From assembly GCA_044220955.1 (NCBI GenBank), contig JBGAQA010000031.1, positions 1-64,000 on the forward strand: a stretch of 64,000 nt of DNA, read 5' to 3'. Of this stretch, positions 49,242 to 58,576 are shown piece by piece (the first letter of the stretch is position 1; every line of letters begins with the position of its first letter). The notes under the pieces are model-generated. The model was not told the DNA's origin, ran no database searches, and was given only the letters and a program-made list of their open reading frames with translations. The stretch comes from Sandaracinaceae bacterium (GTDB lineage Bacteria > Myxococcota_A > Polyangia > Polyangiales > Sandaracinaceae). Both the position numbers and the translations under genes were made by a program.

Positions 49242-50804
49242 ATGCAGCGCTCGCTCGTCCTGATCCTCGACTTCGGCTCGCAGTACACGCAGCTCATCGC
49301 GCGGCGCATCCGCGAACAGCACGTGTACTGCGAGATCCACCCGTGCAACGTGGGGCTCGACCGCATCCGCGCCATGGCGCCGAAGGCGATCGTGCTCTCG
49401 GGCGGCCCCTCGAGCGTCTTCGAGCAGGGCGCGCCGACGATCGAGCGCGCGGTGTTCGAGCTGGGGGTGCCGCTGCTCGGCATCTGCTACGGGATGCAGC
49501 TCTTCTCGCACCTGCTCGGCGGGAAGGTCGAGCCGGCGGCCGAGCGCGAGTACGGCCCGCAGAAGATCCGGGTCGCCTCCCCGACGGGGATCCTCGCGAG
49601 CTTCCGCGCGGGCGACGACGTCGACGTGTGGATGAGCCACGGCGATCGCGTCGAGGCGCTCCCGCCGGGCTTCGTCGCGCTGGCGAGCACCAGGGGCGCG
49701 CCCTTCGCGGCGGCGGCGAACGCCGAGCGGCGGATCTTCGGTGTGCAGTTCCATCCCGAGGTCGCACACACACCACGCGGCGCCGAGATGCTGCGCGCGT
49801 TCCTCTTCGACGTCGCCGGGTGCGAGGCCGACTGGACGCCCGGCTCCTTCATCGAGGAGTCCACGCAGCGCATCGCGGCGCAGGTCGGGAGCGGCCGGGC
49901 GATCTGCGGGCTCTCGGGGGGCGTCGACTCCACGGTCGCCGCGGTCCTCGTCTCGCGAGCGATCGGCGAGCGGCTCACGTGCATCTTCGTCGACAACGGC
50001 CTCTTGCGGAAGAACGAGGCGCGGGACGTCGTCCACATGTTCGAGTCCGAGGTCGCCGGCCAGGGCGGCCACAGGCTCAACCTCGTCCACGTGGACGCGG
50101 GCGCTCGCTTCCTCGACGCGCTGCGCGGCGTGACCGATCCCGAGCAGAAGCGGAAGATCATCGGTCGCGTCTTCATCGAGGTGTTCGATGCCGAGGCGCA
50201 CAAGATCGGCGGCGCCACGCACCTGGTGCAGGGAACGCTCTATCCGGACGTGATCGAGAGCGTGTCCTTCAAGGGCCCGAGCGCGACGATCAAGACGCAC
50301 CACAACGTCGGGGGCCTGCCGGAGCACATGAAGCTCTCGCTCGTCGAGCCGCTGCGCGAGCTCTTCAAGGACGAGGTGCGCGAGGTCGGCAGCGTGCTCG
50401 GCATCCCGCCGCGCGTGCTCGGGCGTCACCCCTTCCCCGGGCCGGGCCTGGCGATCCGCGTCCTCTCCGCCGTCAGCGAGGACAAGCTCGCGGTGCTGCG
50501 CGAGGCGGACGCGATCTTCATCGAGGAGCTGCGCGGCGCGGGCCAGTACGACGCCGTGTGGCAGGCCTTCGCGGTGCTCTTGCCGGTGCAGAGCGTGGGC
50601 GTGATGGGCGACGGCCGCACGTACGAGAACGTCGTGGCGCTGCGGGCGGTCGGCTCGCGCGACGGCATGACGGCCGACTGGTCGCGGCTGCCCTACGAGG
50701 TGCTGGCCAAGGCGTCGAGCCGCATCATCAACGAGGTGCGCGGGGTGAACCGCGTCGTCTACGACGTGTCGAGCAAGCCGCCGGCGACCATCGAGTGGGA
50801 ATGA
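49242..50804 (+). CDS. guaA: GMP synthase (glutamine-hydrolysing)
   Basis: [64 protein letters not shown]. Confidence 0.98.
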   Translation: MQRSLVLILDFGSQYTQLIARRIREQHVYCEIHPCNVGLDRIRAMAPKAIVLSGGPSSVFEQGAPTIERAVFELGVPLLGICYGMQLFSHLLGGKVEPAAEREYGPQKIRVASPTGILASFRAGDDVDVWMSHGDRVEALPPGFVALASTRGAPFAAAANAERRIFGVQFHPEVAHTPRGAEMLRAFLFDVAGCEADWTPGSFIEESTQRIAAQVGSGRAICGLSGGVDSTVAAVLVSRAIGERLTCIFVDNGLLRKNEARDVVHMFESEVAGQGGHRLNLVHVDAGARFLDALRGVTDPEQKRKIIGRVFIEVFDAEAHKIGGATHLVQGTLYPDVIESVSFKGPSATIKTHHNVGGLPEHMKLSLVEPLRELFKDEVREVGSVLGIPPRVLGRHPFPGPGLAIRVLSAVSEDKLAVLREADAIFIEELRGAGQYDAVWQAFAVLLPVQSVGVMGDGRTYENVVALRAVGSRDGMTADWSRLPYEVLAKASSRIINEVRGVNRVVYDVSSKPPATIEWE

Positions 50805-51343
50805 GCGCCTGCCCCGAGCCGTATCCGATCGGAGAGGCGAGACGCTCGCCCTCGTCCGCACGCTCGTCGGCGCTCTCGCTCTCGCTCTCGCTCTCGCTCT
50901 CGCTCTCGCTCTCGCTCTCGCTCTCGCTCTCGCTCTCGCCCACGCTCACCACCGCACAGGACGCGGGCATGCCAGCCGCCATGCGGGTGGCGTGGAACGA
51001 CGTCGCGCCCCACCTCGACGCCGCGCGTGGCGCGATCGTGACGGTCGCGCTGGCGGTCGCCGACGAGCGCCGGGGCCCGCTCTCGGCGCAGCGGCTCTGG
51101 GCGCGACGCGAGGCCGAGGCGCGCGCGCGCGCGGCGCTCCACGCGTGGGCCGACGAGGCGATCACCCACGCGTCGCTCGACGCCGCGACGATCACGGCGC
51201 TCCACCGCGCGATCGACGAGCACGCCGCGATCGGCGCGACGCGCGCCCGCGTCGACGGCTCCGCCTGCGTCGAGGTCTTCGTGCCCCGGAGCGCGCTCGC
51301 CGCCGCCACCCCGCACGCGCGAGGGCTGCCGTGGTCCGAGTGA
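50801..51343 (+). CDS. Hypothetical protein with (Leu-Ser)11 N-terminal tract
   Basis: ATGA overlap with guaA and GTGA overlap with the next gene; start could lie downstream of the repeat. Confidence 0.55.
   Translation: MSACPEPYPIGEARRSPSSARSSALSLSLSLSLSLSLSLSLSLSLSPTLTTAQDAGMPAAMRVAWNDVAPHLDAARGAIVTVALAVADERRGPLSAQRLWARREAEARARAALHAWADEAITHASLDAATITALHRAIDEHAAIGATRARVDGSACVEVFVPRSALAAATPHARGLPWSE
50873..50938 (+). repeat. Perfect hexanucleotide microsatellite (CTCTCG)11
   Basis: Counted directly in the sequence. Confidence 0.95.
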
Positions 51344-51633
51344 TCGCGCTCGCGCTGGGGCTCGCCACCGTCTCCGGGTGCGGCGCTGCAGCGCCCGACA
51401 CCGAGGCGCGGGCGACCGTACGCTTCGACATCACTCCGGACACGGCGCGCGTCTACACCGAGGACCGCTTCGTCGGTTCGGCCCGCGTGCTCGCCGCCAC
51501 GCCACCCTCGTTCCGCACCGGCCCGCGCCAGATCACGATCACCGCCGAGGGGTACTTCCCCGTCGACCTCGATCTCGATCTCGATCCGGGCACCACGACC
51601 GTTCGGGTCGCCATGCGCCCGGTGCCCCCGTAG
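51340..51633 (+). CDS. Small PEGA-like lipoprotein
   Basis: VSGC lipobox; P..ARVY..DRFVG...G...I.I.AEGYFP. Confidence 0.7.
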   Translation: MIALALGLATVSGCGAAAPDTEARATVRFDITPDTARVYTEDRFVGSARVLAATPPSFRTGPRQITITAEGYFPVDLDLDLDPGTTTVRVAMRPVPP

Positions 51634-51648
51634 TCGCTCGCGCGCGCG

Positions 51649-52161
51649 TCAGCGGACCGTGACGTGCGCCGGCCACGTGTGGCGCAGGCCGTCGAGCGTG
51701 CTCGCCTGCACGACGAAGGGCGCCCGCTCGAGCGTCTCGCCCCCGCGGAACGCACGGATGACGAGCTCGGTCGTCCTGTCGCCCGGGCGCGACTCGCGCG
51801 CCTGCGAGAGCAGCGAGTCCGGCAGCCCCGGCAGCTCCACGAGCACGGGCTCGGCGAAGCCGCCGGTGCGGTGGATCTCGACCACGATCGTGACCTCGCC
51901 ACCGCGCTCGACGAGGAGATCGTCGTTGTGCACGGTCAGCGTGAAGGTGCGCGGACCGGGGTCCGGCACTCCCATGTCCACCACCTCCACGTCCGCGTCG
52001 GGGGGCAGCATGTCGGGTGGCTCCGTGTCGCGCCCACCGTCCCGCTCGTCGCCGTCGTCGCTCATCGGAGGCAAGCGTGCCGTGGACGGGAGCGCCGCGC
52101 ACGCGACGAGCGCCGAGAGGACGAAGAGGGCGAGGAGGGCGGCGCGGTTCCTGCGGGTCAT
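51649..52161 (-). CDS. Lipoprotein with Ig-like domain
   Basis: MTRRNR...LVAC; acidic linker; R.GGF..PV.V...GLP. Confidence 0.7.
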   Translation of the reverse strand: MTRRNRAALLALFVLSALVACAALPSTARLPPMSDDGDERDGGRDTEPPDMLPPDADVEVVDMGVPDPGPRTFTLTVHNDDLLVERGGEVTIVVEIHRTGGFAEPVLVELPGLPDSLLSQARESRPGDRTTELVIRAFRGGETLERAPFVVQASTLDGLRHTWPAHVTVR

Positions 52162-52199
52162 GCCCCCGTATCGGCGGGGCGTGCGTGTCGTTGCGTGTC

Positions 52200-53048
52200 C
52201 TACTCGTCGGCCTCGGCGCGCATACGGGACACCAGCTCGAGGAACGCCGGATCCGAGAGGCGCGTGAGGTGTGCCGCGGGCCGGCCGTGCCGGAGCGCCA
52301 CCAGCTCGGCGACGATCGAGAGCGCGATCTCCGCAGGCGTGACCGCGCCGAGATCGAGCCCCACCGGCGCGTACACGTGGTCGAGCGGGGGAAGCGGCCC
52401 ACGCTGCTCGATGCGCGCGAGCACGCGCAGGATCTTCCGCTGGCTGCCGATGAGGCCGACGTACCGATGCGGTGCACGCGCGTACGCATCGAGCGCCTCC
52501 TGGTCCAGGCGGTGATCGTGCGTCGTGATGAGGACGTGGTCGTGCCCGGTCGGCCGGACGCTCGCGAGCGACTCCCGCGGCGCGAGCAGCACGTGCTCGC
52601 ACGCGGGCACGCTCGCCTCGTCGTTCAGCTCCTCGCGCTCGTCCACGACGACCACGCGGAAGCCCACCTCGCGCGCGAAGCGGGCGACCGCGGCGCCGAC
52701 GTGACCCGCACCGATGACGATCAGGCGCGGCGCTCCCTCGATCGGCTCGACGAAGATCTCCATGCGTCCTCCGCAGCACATGCCCAGGTCCCGAGCGAGG
52801 TCGCGCACGAGGCGCTCCGGCTTGCCCCTCCGCGCGCACGCCCTGAGCGACTCGATCACGTCGTGCTCGAGGGCGCCGCCGCCGACCGTCCCGAGCGTGG
52901 TCCCGTCGGGCATCAGGAGCAGGCGCGCTCCGGCGATCTGCGGCGTCGAGCCGCTCGTGTGCACCACCGTGGCGAGCGCCCCGCGCCCCCCGCCCTCGAC
53001 GATCGAGGCGAGCGCGCGCAGGAGCGCCAGGCTCGGCGTCGCGCTCAA
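52200..53048 (-). CDS. xdhC: XdhC/CoxI family xanthine dehydrogenase accessory protein
   Basis: ATVV...GSTP, GTVGGG.LE, GMCCGG, GAGHVG, THDH.LD, YVGLIGS..K, APVGLDLGA.TP.EIALSI.AE; TTG start. Confidence 0.9.
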   Translation of the reverse strand: MSATPSLALLRALASIVEGGGRGALATVVHTSGSTPQIAGARLLLMPDGTTLGTVGGGALEHDVIESLRACARRGKPERLVRDLARDLGMCCGGRMEIFVEPIEGAPRLIVIGAGHVGAAVARFAREVGFRVVVVDEREELNDEASVPACEHVLLAPRESLASVRPTGHDHVLITTHDHRLDQEALDAYARAPHRYVGLIGSQRKILRVLARIEQRGPLPPLDHVYAPVGLDLGAVTPAEIALSIVAELVALRHGRPAAHLTRLSDPAFLELVSRMRAEADE

Positions 53049-53524
53049 CCGCCTCGCTTCTTGCCGAGCAAGACGGCGAGCACGCCGGCGGTGAGCACAC
53101 CGATCGCGATCCAGCGGAAGTTGCGCGTCCGCGTGCGCGAGCGGCGCTCCTCTTCGTCCTCGCCGAACTCGCCCTCCGAGCCGGGCACCGACATCCGCCG
53201 ACGGCCCTGGATGTCGCCCTGCCCTCCGTGCGGCGCGCCGCCGGGACCTGTGGCGGGTGGCGCCCCCTCGTCGGCGTGGTGTGCACCGCCCTGCGCGCCG
53301 CCGTGCGCCCCGCCCTCGGTGTCCGCGCTCGAGGTGGTCGCGAGGCCCTGCACGACCCCGTGCGCGCCCGCCGTCCGCTCGCGCGTGTGCGACCCGAACA
53401 GGCGCCAGGCGACGAAGCCGACGATGCAGATCAGCGCGAGCAGGATGATGTACTCGGCCGCGCTGAGGCCGCGCGTGTCGCGGAGGAGACGCTCGAATCG
53501 TCCTTGCTCGCGTGGCGAACGCAT
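53045..53524 (-). CDS. Flp/type IVb prepilin-like N-terminus with C-terminal TM extension
   Basis: LLRDTRG|LSAAEYIILLALICIVGFVAW..FG; C-terminal WIAIGVLTAGVLAVLLGKKRGG. Confidence 0.7.
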   Translation of the reverse strand: MRSPREQGRFERLLRDTRGLSAAEYIILLALICIVGFVAWRLFGSHTRERTAGAHGVVQGLATTSSADTEGGAHGGAQGGAHHADEGAPPATGPGGAPHGGQGDIQGRRRMSVPGSEGEFGEDEEERRSRTRTRNFRWIAIGVLTAGVLAVLLGKKRGG

Positions 53525-53616
53525 CGGATCGGCCAGAGCCTACCAGCTTCGCGCGCCGCGGCCTGTCTCGGATCACTTGTTCGCGTCGCCGCGCAGCCTC
53601 TCCTATGATGGCCCCG

Positions 53617-54129
53617 GTGTACGACTGGGTGAACGGGCGGCCGACCGTCCTCGTCCGGGCCGCCGACCTCCCGGAGTGGCCTGGAGATGCATTGCGACCC
53701 GATCCCGCCCGCTGGGCGACGCTGCGCGCGTTCCGCGGCAGCGCGGCGCTCGTTCTCCGCGACCCCGAGCTCACCACGGCGGTGCCGCTCGAGCTCGGGG
53801 GTGTCATGTTCGTGTCCGCCGTCTACTGCGACGGCGACGAGGCGATCACCGCCCACCTCGACGCCCTCCCGACCGACGGCTGGGAGACGGGCAGCGAGCG
53901 CTTCGTCAGCGACGGCTCCGACTACGCGCTCTTCGACGGCGGCCTCTCCGGCGCGCAGCTCGTCGATCCGGCGCTCGAGCGCGTCATCAACGAGCAGCAC
54001 GGCGGCGTCATCCCGGTACAGCTGCCCGCCGGCGCGTACGACGTCGAGACGCTCGGCCCCTTCCGGCCCGACGAGCGCACCGAGCTCTGGCTCACCCGCC
54101 TGATCCGGTCGGCGACCGTCCGGCAGTGA
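53617..54129 (+). CDS. Imm21-like putative immunity protein
   Basis: W.G, ALVL.DP..T, LFD....G, V.LP.G.Y.VET, PD..T...L.RL pattern; start is 53605, 53608 or 53617. Confidence 0.5.
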   Translation: MYDWVNGRPTVLVRAADLPEWPGDALRPDPARWATLRAFRGSAALVLRDPELTTAVPLELGGVMFVSAVYCDGDEAITAHLDALPTDGWETGSERFVSDGSDYALFDGGLSGAQLVDPALERVINEQHGGVIPVQLPAGAYDVETLGPFRPDERTELWLTRLIRSATVRQ

Positions 54130-54188
54130 TCGGTCGCGACGCGAGGGACCCGTTCGCGCGGACGAGTCCTGTATCGTAGAAAGCGCGC

Positions 54189-55079
54189 GTGGCGGATCCT
54201 GAAGACGACGACGAGGGGCCCGAGGTCCCGCTCGAGGGTGCGACCTGTGCGGCGCACGGCGACCGGCCCGCCTTCCGCGTATGCCCGCTCTGCCAGCGCA
54301 ACGCGTGCCTCGGGTGCTGGCACCCCTCGGTCGGTCGCTGTCACGCGTGCCTGCTGCGGGACGCCAAGACCCTCCCGCAGCTCCCCTGGGAGGACCGCTC
54401 CCGCACCTTGTTCGGCCGGTTCTTCTTCACGATGCTGAGCGCGCTCTCGCCCGAGTCGAGCGCGCCGGGCTTCGCGCGCGAGGCCGACACGAGCGGCGCC
54501 GTCTTCGCGGTGCTCACGCTCGTGCCCTTCGGACTGCTCTCCGGGATCATCCCGTACACGCACACGCTCCTGTTCACCTCGGCGCTCGAGGTGCGCGTCA
54601 TGGGTGGCGCGGACAGCTCCGCGATCGCGATCGACGTGCTCGTCGCCGCCTTCACGGGGCTCCTGGTCTCGATGCTCTCGTGGCTCGCGGTCGCCCTGCC
54701 CTACGTCAGCCTGAGCCGCGCCTACGCGGATCGCGGGATGCCGACGGCACCCGTGCGGCTGATGAACCAGCGCGGCTGGCTCATCCCTCTCTGCTTCACG
54801 CTCTGGTTCGCCGTCCCTTGGGCCATGCCGGCGCCGACCTCCGAGATCGCGGCGCTGCTGATGCGCCTGCTCGCGGTCCTGCCCATCGTGCTGCTCGTCG
54901 CGGCGATGCGCTCCGTGGCGCGCATGGGCTCGGGCGCAGGGCCCATCGCGACGATGGCCATCCTCTTCGTTCCGCTCATGGTCTTGCTGCTCGCGGTGCG
55001 CCTGCTCGAGCCGCTGCAGCTGATCGAGGTGTCCGAGGCCGAGGCCGCGGTACCGAGCGCCCCCGCCGTCACGCGCTGA
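54189..55079 (+). CDS. B-box-like zinc finger fused to multi-pass (Yip1-like) membrane domain
   Basis: CAAH..A...C..C....C..C......C..C, LPWE, about 5 TM helices. Confidence 0.75.
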   Translation: MADPEDDDEGPEVPLEGATCAAHGDRPAFRVCPLCQRNACLGCWHPSVGRCHACLLRDAKTLPQLPWEDRSRTLFGRFFFTMLSALSPESSAPGFAREADTSGAVFAVLTLVPFGLLSGIIPYTHTLLFTSALEVRVMGGADSSAIAIDVLVAAFTGLLVSMLSWLAVALPYVSLSRAYADRGMPTAPVRLMNQRGWLIPLCFTLWFAVPWAMPAPTSEIAALLMRLLAVLPIVLLVAAMRSVARMGSGAGPIATMAILFVPLMVLLLAVRLLEPLQLIEVSEAEAAVPSAPAVTR

Positions 55080-56225
55080 TCAGACGGCGCCCGTCCCGGC
55101 CGGCTCCGGTGCGGGCTTCTCGTTCCTCGGCGCGCGGCGACGAGCGATCGGCGAGACCCTGGGCCAGAGCAACCCGGCCGACGCGCTGAGCACGACCATG
55201 CCGGCCGACGCGGCGAGGCCCTGCGCGAGCGTGAGGTCGTGGCCGAGACGCGAAGCGATGATCATCGGCGGGAAGAAGAGCGCCAGCAGGTGGAACACGT
55301 AGATCGGCAGCGTCTCCTGCGCGAGCTCCTCGATCGGTCCGGGGAGCTTGCGGATGCGCGCCACGAGCGGCGAGAAGAGCGCGAGGACGCCGAGCACGTA
55401 CGCGAGCTTCTCGACGAAGAACGCGGGCATCGAGTGGTACGACATCGACGGCTGCCAGAGCGTGAAGGGCACGCGCCAGAGCACGTACGTCGCGATCGAG
55501 CACCCGCTCGTGAGCGCGGCGAGCGCGAAGAAGGTCCGGCGCGGCGGCGTGCGGCCGCCCTCCGGGAACGCGACCGCGCCGAGCACCGCCCCGAGGAACA
55601 CGTACGCGCCCCAGGGCAGGAAGGGGAAGATCGACCCGGTGCCGTGGCCGAGCCACGCGGTGAGGTAGCCGAGCGGCCGCTCGGCGACGACGCCCTCGGT
55701 GAGCGGGGCGAGCGCGAGCACCGCGACCCCGAGGGCCCCCGTGGCGAGCTCGGCCTTGCGTCGATCGCGAAGCACGTGGACCACCACCTCGAGCACGAGC
55801 AGCGAGACGCCGATGAGCTGCAAGACGTCGATCTCGGCGAAGCGATCCCACGATCGGCGGGCGAGATCCGGATCCTGCGACCAGCCGCCGAGCGGGAAGC
55901 GCAGCAGGTAGCCGATGACGATGATCTCGATCATGCGGCGCACGCGCTTGAGCGTCGCGCGGCCGTCGAGCGCGCCATAGCCGATCCGGGCGATGGTGGT
56001 GAGGTGGAACGCCACGCCCGAGGCGAGCATGAACGAGACGGAGACGAGGCCGCGAAAGAAGTTGTAGACGTCGAACGCGTGGCCCGTCAGGTGCTGCGGG
56101 TCGACGACGGCGTCGAGCGTGTGGCCGTTCACCATCTGCAAGGTCGCGATGAGGCGAAGCAGATCGACCAGGTGCACGCGCATCGACCCGCCGCCCGGCG
56201 CCTTCGGTTTCACGAGCTCGGACAC
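55080..56225 (-). CDS. DUF1624/acyltransferase-3-like multi-pass membrane protein
   Basis: VDLLR.IA..QM..GH, F...SG, DVLQLIG, FP.LPW..Y, TL.IYV.H; alternative start ATG 56183. Confidence 0.75.
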   Translation of the reverse strand: MSELVKPKAPGGGSMRVHLVDLLRLIATLQMVNGHTLDAVVDPQHLTGHAFDVYNFFRGLVSVSFMLASGVAFHLTTIARIGYGALDGRATLKRVRRMIEIIVIGYLLRFPLGGWSQDPDLARRSWDRFAEIDVLQLIGVSLLVLEVVVHVLRDRRKAELATGALGVAVLALAPLTEGVVAERPLGYLTAWLGHGTGSIFPFLPWGAYVFLGAVLGAVAFPEGGRTPPRRTFFALAALTSGCSIATYVLWRVPFTLWQPSMSYHSMPAFFVEKLAYVLGVLALFSPLVARIRKLPGPIEELAQETLPIYVFHLLALFFPPMIIASRLGHDLTLAQGLAASAGMVVLSASAGLLWPRVSPIARRRAPRNEKPAPEPAGTGAV

Positions 56226-56232
56226 GTCTCTC

Positions 56233-56988
56233 CTACAGCCTCTCGAGGCCCCCCGGAGCGAGGCGGAGATAGTCGAGATCGCCCTCGCGCACCAGCTCCC
56301 CGGTGAGGGCGACGGGCTCGGCGACGTAGGGCAGCACCTCGTCGGTGATCGCCTCGCCGGCCGGACCGACCACGATCGCCGCATACGCGACGCCGCGCGC
56401 GTCGGTCCCCACGATCACCGGAGGGATCCCGCCCGCGACGCAGAGCTGCGCGCAGGCGCGGTGCGTGCGCGCGGCGCCGGGACGCATGCGGCCGAGCCAG
56501 CATTTCTCGTCGACGATCTCTCCCGTGATGCGGGTCGCGCCGGACGACGTCGTCGCGCGCGCCCGGAGCGCTGCGAGCTGATCGGCCGGTAGCTCGGCCG
56601 CGATGGGCGCGCCGGCGAGCTCGATCATCCGCCTCCCCTCGCGCTCGAGCGAGTAGCCCGAGACGCGCACGACGGTGCCGTCCATGGCGTCGTAGCGCGA
56701 GCCGATCCCGAACTTGCCCTGCGAGACGAGGAGCACGGCCGAGGGGCCACGATCCGAGGAGACCCAGAGCACACCGTACGGGTGCGTCGCGAGCAGACCG
56801 ACGACGCCCTCGCCGGGCGTCTGCGCCTGCGGGCCGAATCCCGTCCCGGTCGAGCCGGCCCCGACGACGCCGAGCACCGCCGCCCCGAGCGCCACGCAGA
56901 GCGCGAGGGCAGTCACGCCGATCGCGAAACGGCGCGTGCGAGGTGGCGTCGGGAGATACCCGACGAAGAACTCGTCCTCGTCACCCAC
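56233..56988 (-). CDS. Membrane-anchored protein with C-x12-H-x2-C-x3-C motif
   Basis: EFFVGY, one TM segment, LLV..GKFG, GEIVDEKCWLGRMRPG..RTHRACAQLCVAGGIPP. Confidence 0.8.
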   Translation of the reverse strand: MGDEDEFFVGYLPTPPRTRRFAIGVTALALCVALGAAVLGVVGAGSTGTGFGPQAQTPGEGVVGLLATHPYGVLWVSSDRGPSAVLLVSQGKFGIGSRYDAMDGTVVRVSGYSLEREGRRMIELAGAPIAAELPADQLAALRARATTSSGATRITGEIVDEKCWLGRMRPGAARTHRACAQLCVAGGIPPVIVGTDARGVAYAAIVVGPAGEAITDEVLPYVAEPVALTGELVREGDLDYLRLAPGGLERL

Positions 56989-58081
56989 TCGAGGTGCTCC
57001 CCCTCTCGCTCTCGCTCTCGCTCTCTCTCTCGCTCTCGCGCGCCGGCTCCACCCGCGTCCCCTCGGGGTTCGGGTCCGGGCAGACGAACACGCGGCCGCC
57101 CTCGATGCGGACGTCGTACGTGGAGATCTTCTCGACGAAGGGCGGCGGCGCGCAGCCGTCCTCGGGGCGGTACGTCCAGCCGTGCCACGGGCACGTCAGA
57201 CAACCGTCGACCACCTTGCCCTCGTAGAGCGGCCCGCCCTGATGCGCACACACGCCGTGGAGCGCCGAGACGCCGCCCGCGTGCCGGATGACGGCGATGC
57301 GCTCGCCCGTGGGTCCGACGACCGGCAGGGCGCGGTTCTTCGGGATCGCGCCGACCGGTCCGGCGTCGAGCCAGCGCCGTCCACCGGTCTGCGCCGGCAC
57401 GGCGGGCGCACGCTCCAGCGCCGTCGAGCGGTGCGACGCGACGAGGTGCAGCGTCACCACCACGACGACCGACGCGAGGAAGGCCAGCACGAGCGCCGGG
57501 TGTGTGTCCGTCTGCATCACGCCGAACGCCACGTGCAGGACCGCGAGCGCGTAGGCGAGGTAGACGAGCATGTGGATCCACTTCCACGCCCGCGCGCCGA
57601 GGAACTTCTGCCAGAAGTCGTGGCTCGTGGCCGCCAGCACGGTGACGATGAGCAGCGCGACCGCCCCGAAGATCGGAAAGGGCCAGCTCGCGCTCGTGAA
57701 CGCGCGGTCCTGCTCGAAGAGCGCCGCGGACGGCCGGACGCTCGAGTACGCGTAGTAGAAGTCGAGCACGTGGTAGGCGTGCCCCATCGCGACCAGAGCC
57801 ATCGCGACGCCGAGGTGGCGGCGGTTGTAGAGCAGCGGAGCGAAGCGCCTGTCGAGCCGCGCGAGCGGGCCGATGCAGAGGATGAGCGAGAGCACCGTGA
57901 AGGCGCACGCGCCCCACGCGCGCATCTCCAGGACCGGCGGCGCCACGTAGCGCTCACCACCCCACGTGGACGCCGCGAACCGCTCGAAGAGCTGGATGAA
58001 CGCGAGGATGCCGACGACCACGATCACGTCGTAGATCTGCTTGGTGCGCGTCCACTGCACGCCGACGTACTTGACGCTCAC
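56981..58081 (-). CDS. Ferric reductase-like/MsrQ-type transmembrane cytochrome b fused to Rieske [2Fe-2S] domain
   Basis: LYNRRHLGV....GH, LAATS, WKWIH.LVY.AY.L.VLH (heme His residues); Rieske CAHQGG..CPWHGW. Confidence 0.9.
   Translation of the reverse strand: MSVKYVGVQWTRTKQIYDVIVVVGILAFIQLFERFAASTWGGERYVAPPVLEMRAWGACAFTVLSLILCIGPLARLDRRFAPLLYNRRHLGVAMALVAMGHAYHVLDFYYAYSSVRPSAALFEQDRAFTSASWPFPIFGAVALLIVTVLAATSHDFWQKFLGARAWKWIHMLVYLAYALAVLHVAFGVMQTDTHPALVLAFLASVVVVVTLHLVASHRSTALERAPAVPAQTGGRRWLDAGPVGAIPKNRALPVVGPTGERIAVIRHAGGVSALHGVCAHQGGPLYEGKVVDGCLTCPWHGWTYRPEDGCAPPPFVEKISTYDVRIEGGRVFVCPDPNPEGTRVEPARESERESESESERGSTSSG
57003..57038 (+). repeat. (CTCTCG)6 microsatellite, one variant unit
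   Basis: Read directly; encodes the ESERESESESER tail of the Rieske fusion on the minus strand. Confidence 0.85.
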
Positions 58082-58245
58082 GGGCCACCGGCCGGCGCGT
58101 CGTGCAGGGGGGTGCGCCCGAGCGAGGCCGCTTCGTTCTCGGCGACCACCTGTCGTCGCGCGAGCGCGAGCGCGAGCGCAGCCAGCAGCAAGACCGCGAG
58201 GGCGCGGAAGACGGCGGTGTGCACGCCACGCTGGGCTCGAGTCAT
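58078..58245 (-). CDS. Small single-TM protein
   Basis: MTRAQRGVH...LAVLLLAALALALARR; 4-nt start/stop overlaps on both sides. Confidence 0.7.
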   Translation of the reverse strand: MTRAQRGVHTAVFRALAVLLLAALALALARRQVVAENEAASLGRTPLHDAPAGGP

Positions 58246-58475
58246 CGGTGCGCGCCCTCCCGCGGCGCCGGCGCCGCGAGCGCGCGGACGCTGCGCACGA
58301 CGACGAGCGGCCAGAGCAGCGCCACGCCCGGGCTGATCAGCACGCGGAACAGGATCGAGCCGCCCTTCGCGCTCGGCACGACGCGCCCGACGATCACCGC
58401 GAAGACGAGCGCGACACCGGCACCGATGCGCAGGTACCACTCGAGCGCCAGGACGATGGTCTCCCCCGGGTGCAC
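58242..58475 (-). CDS. Small two-TM membrane protein
   Basis: YL.IG..VA..F....PSAKG....FR.LI.PG..LLWP; ATGA overlap with the next gene. Confidence 0.7.
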   Translation of the reverse strand: MHPGETIVLALEWYLRIGAGVALVFAVIVGRVVPSAKGGSILFRVLISPGVALLWPLVVVRSVRALAAPAPREGAHR

Positions 58476-58576
58476 GCCGCCGTGTACGATACGTCCGCGC
58501 TCGGCGTTACGTCGAATCGTCCCACACCGTCGCGAGAGACGTAACGAGCCGCTCGCGAAGTGCGAACTGGGGAAGC

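Noticed and set aside
50873..50938. Repeat tract considered as a CRISPR array
   Set aside because: Contiguous hexamer with no spacers, and no cas genes in the window.
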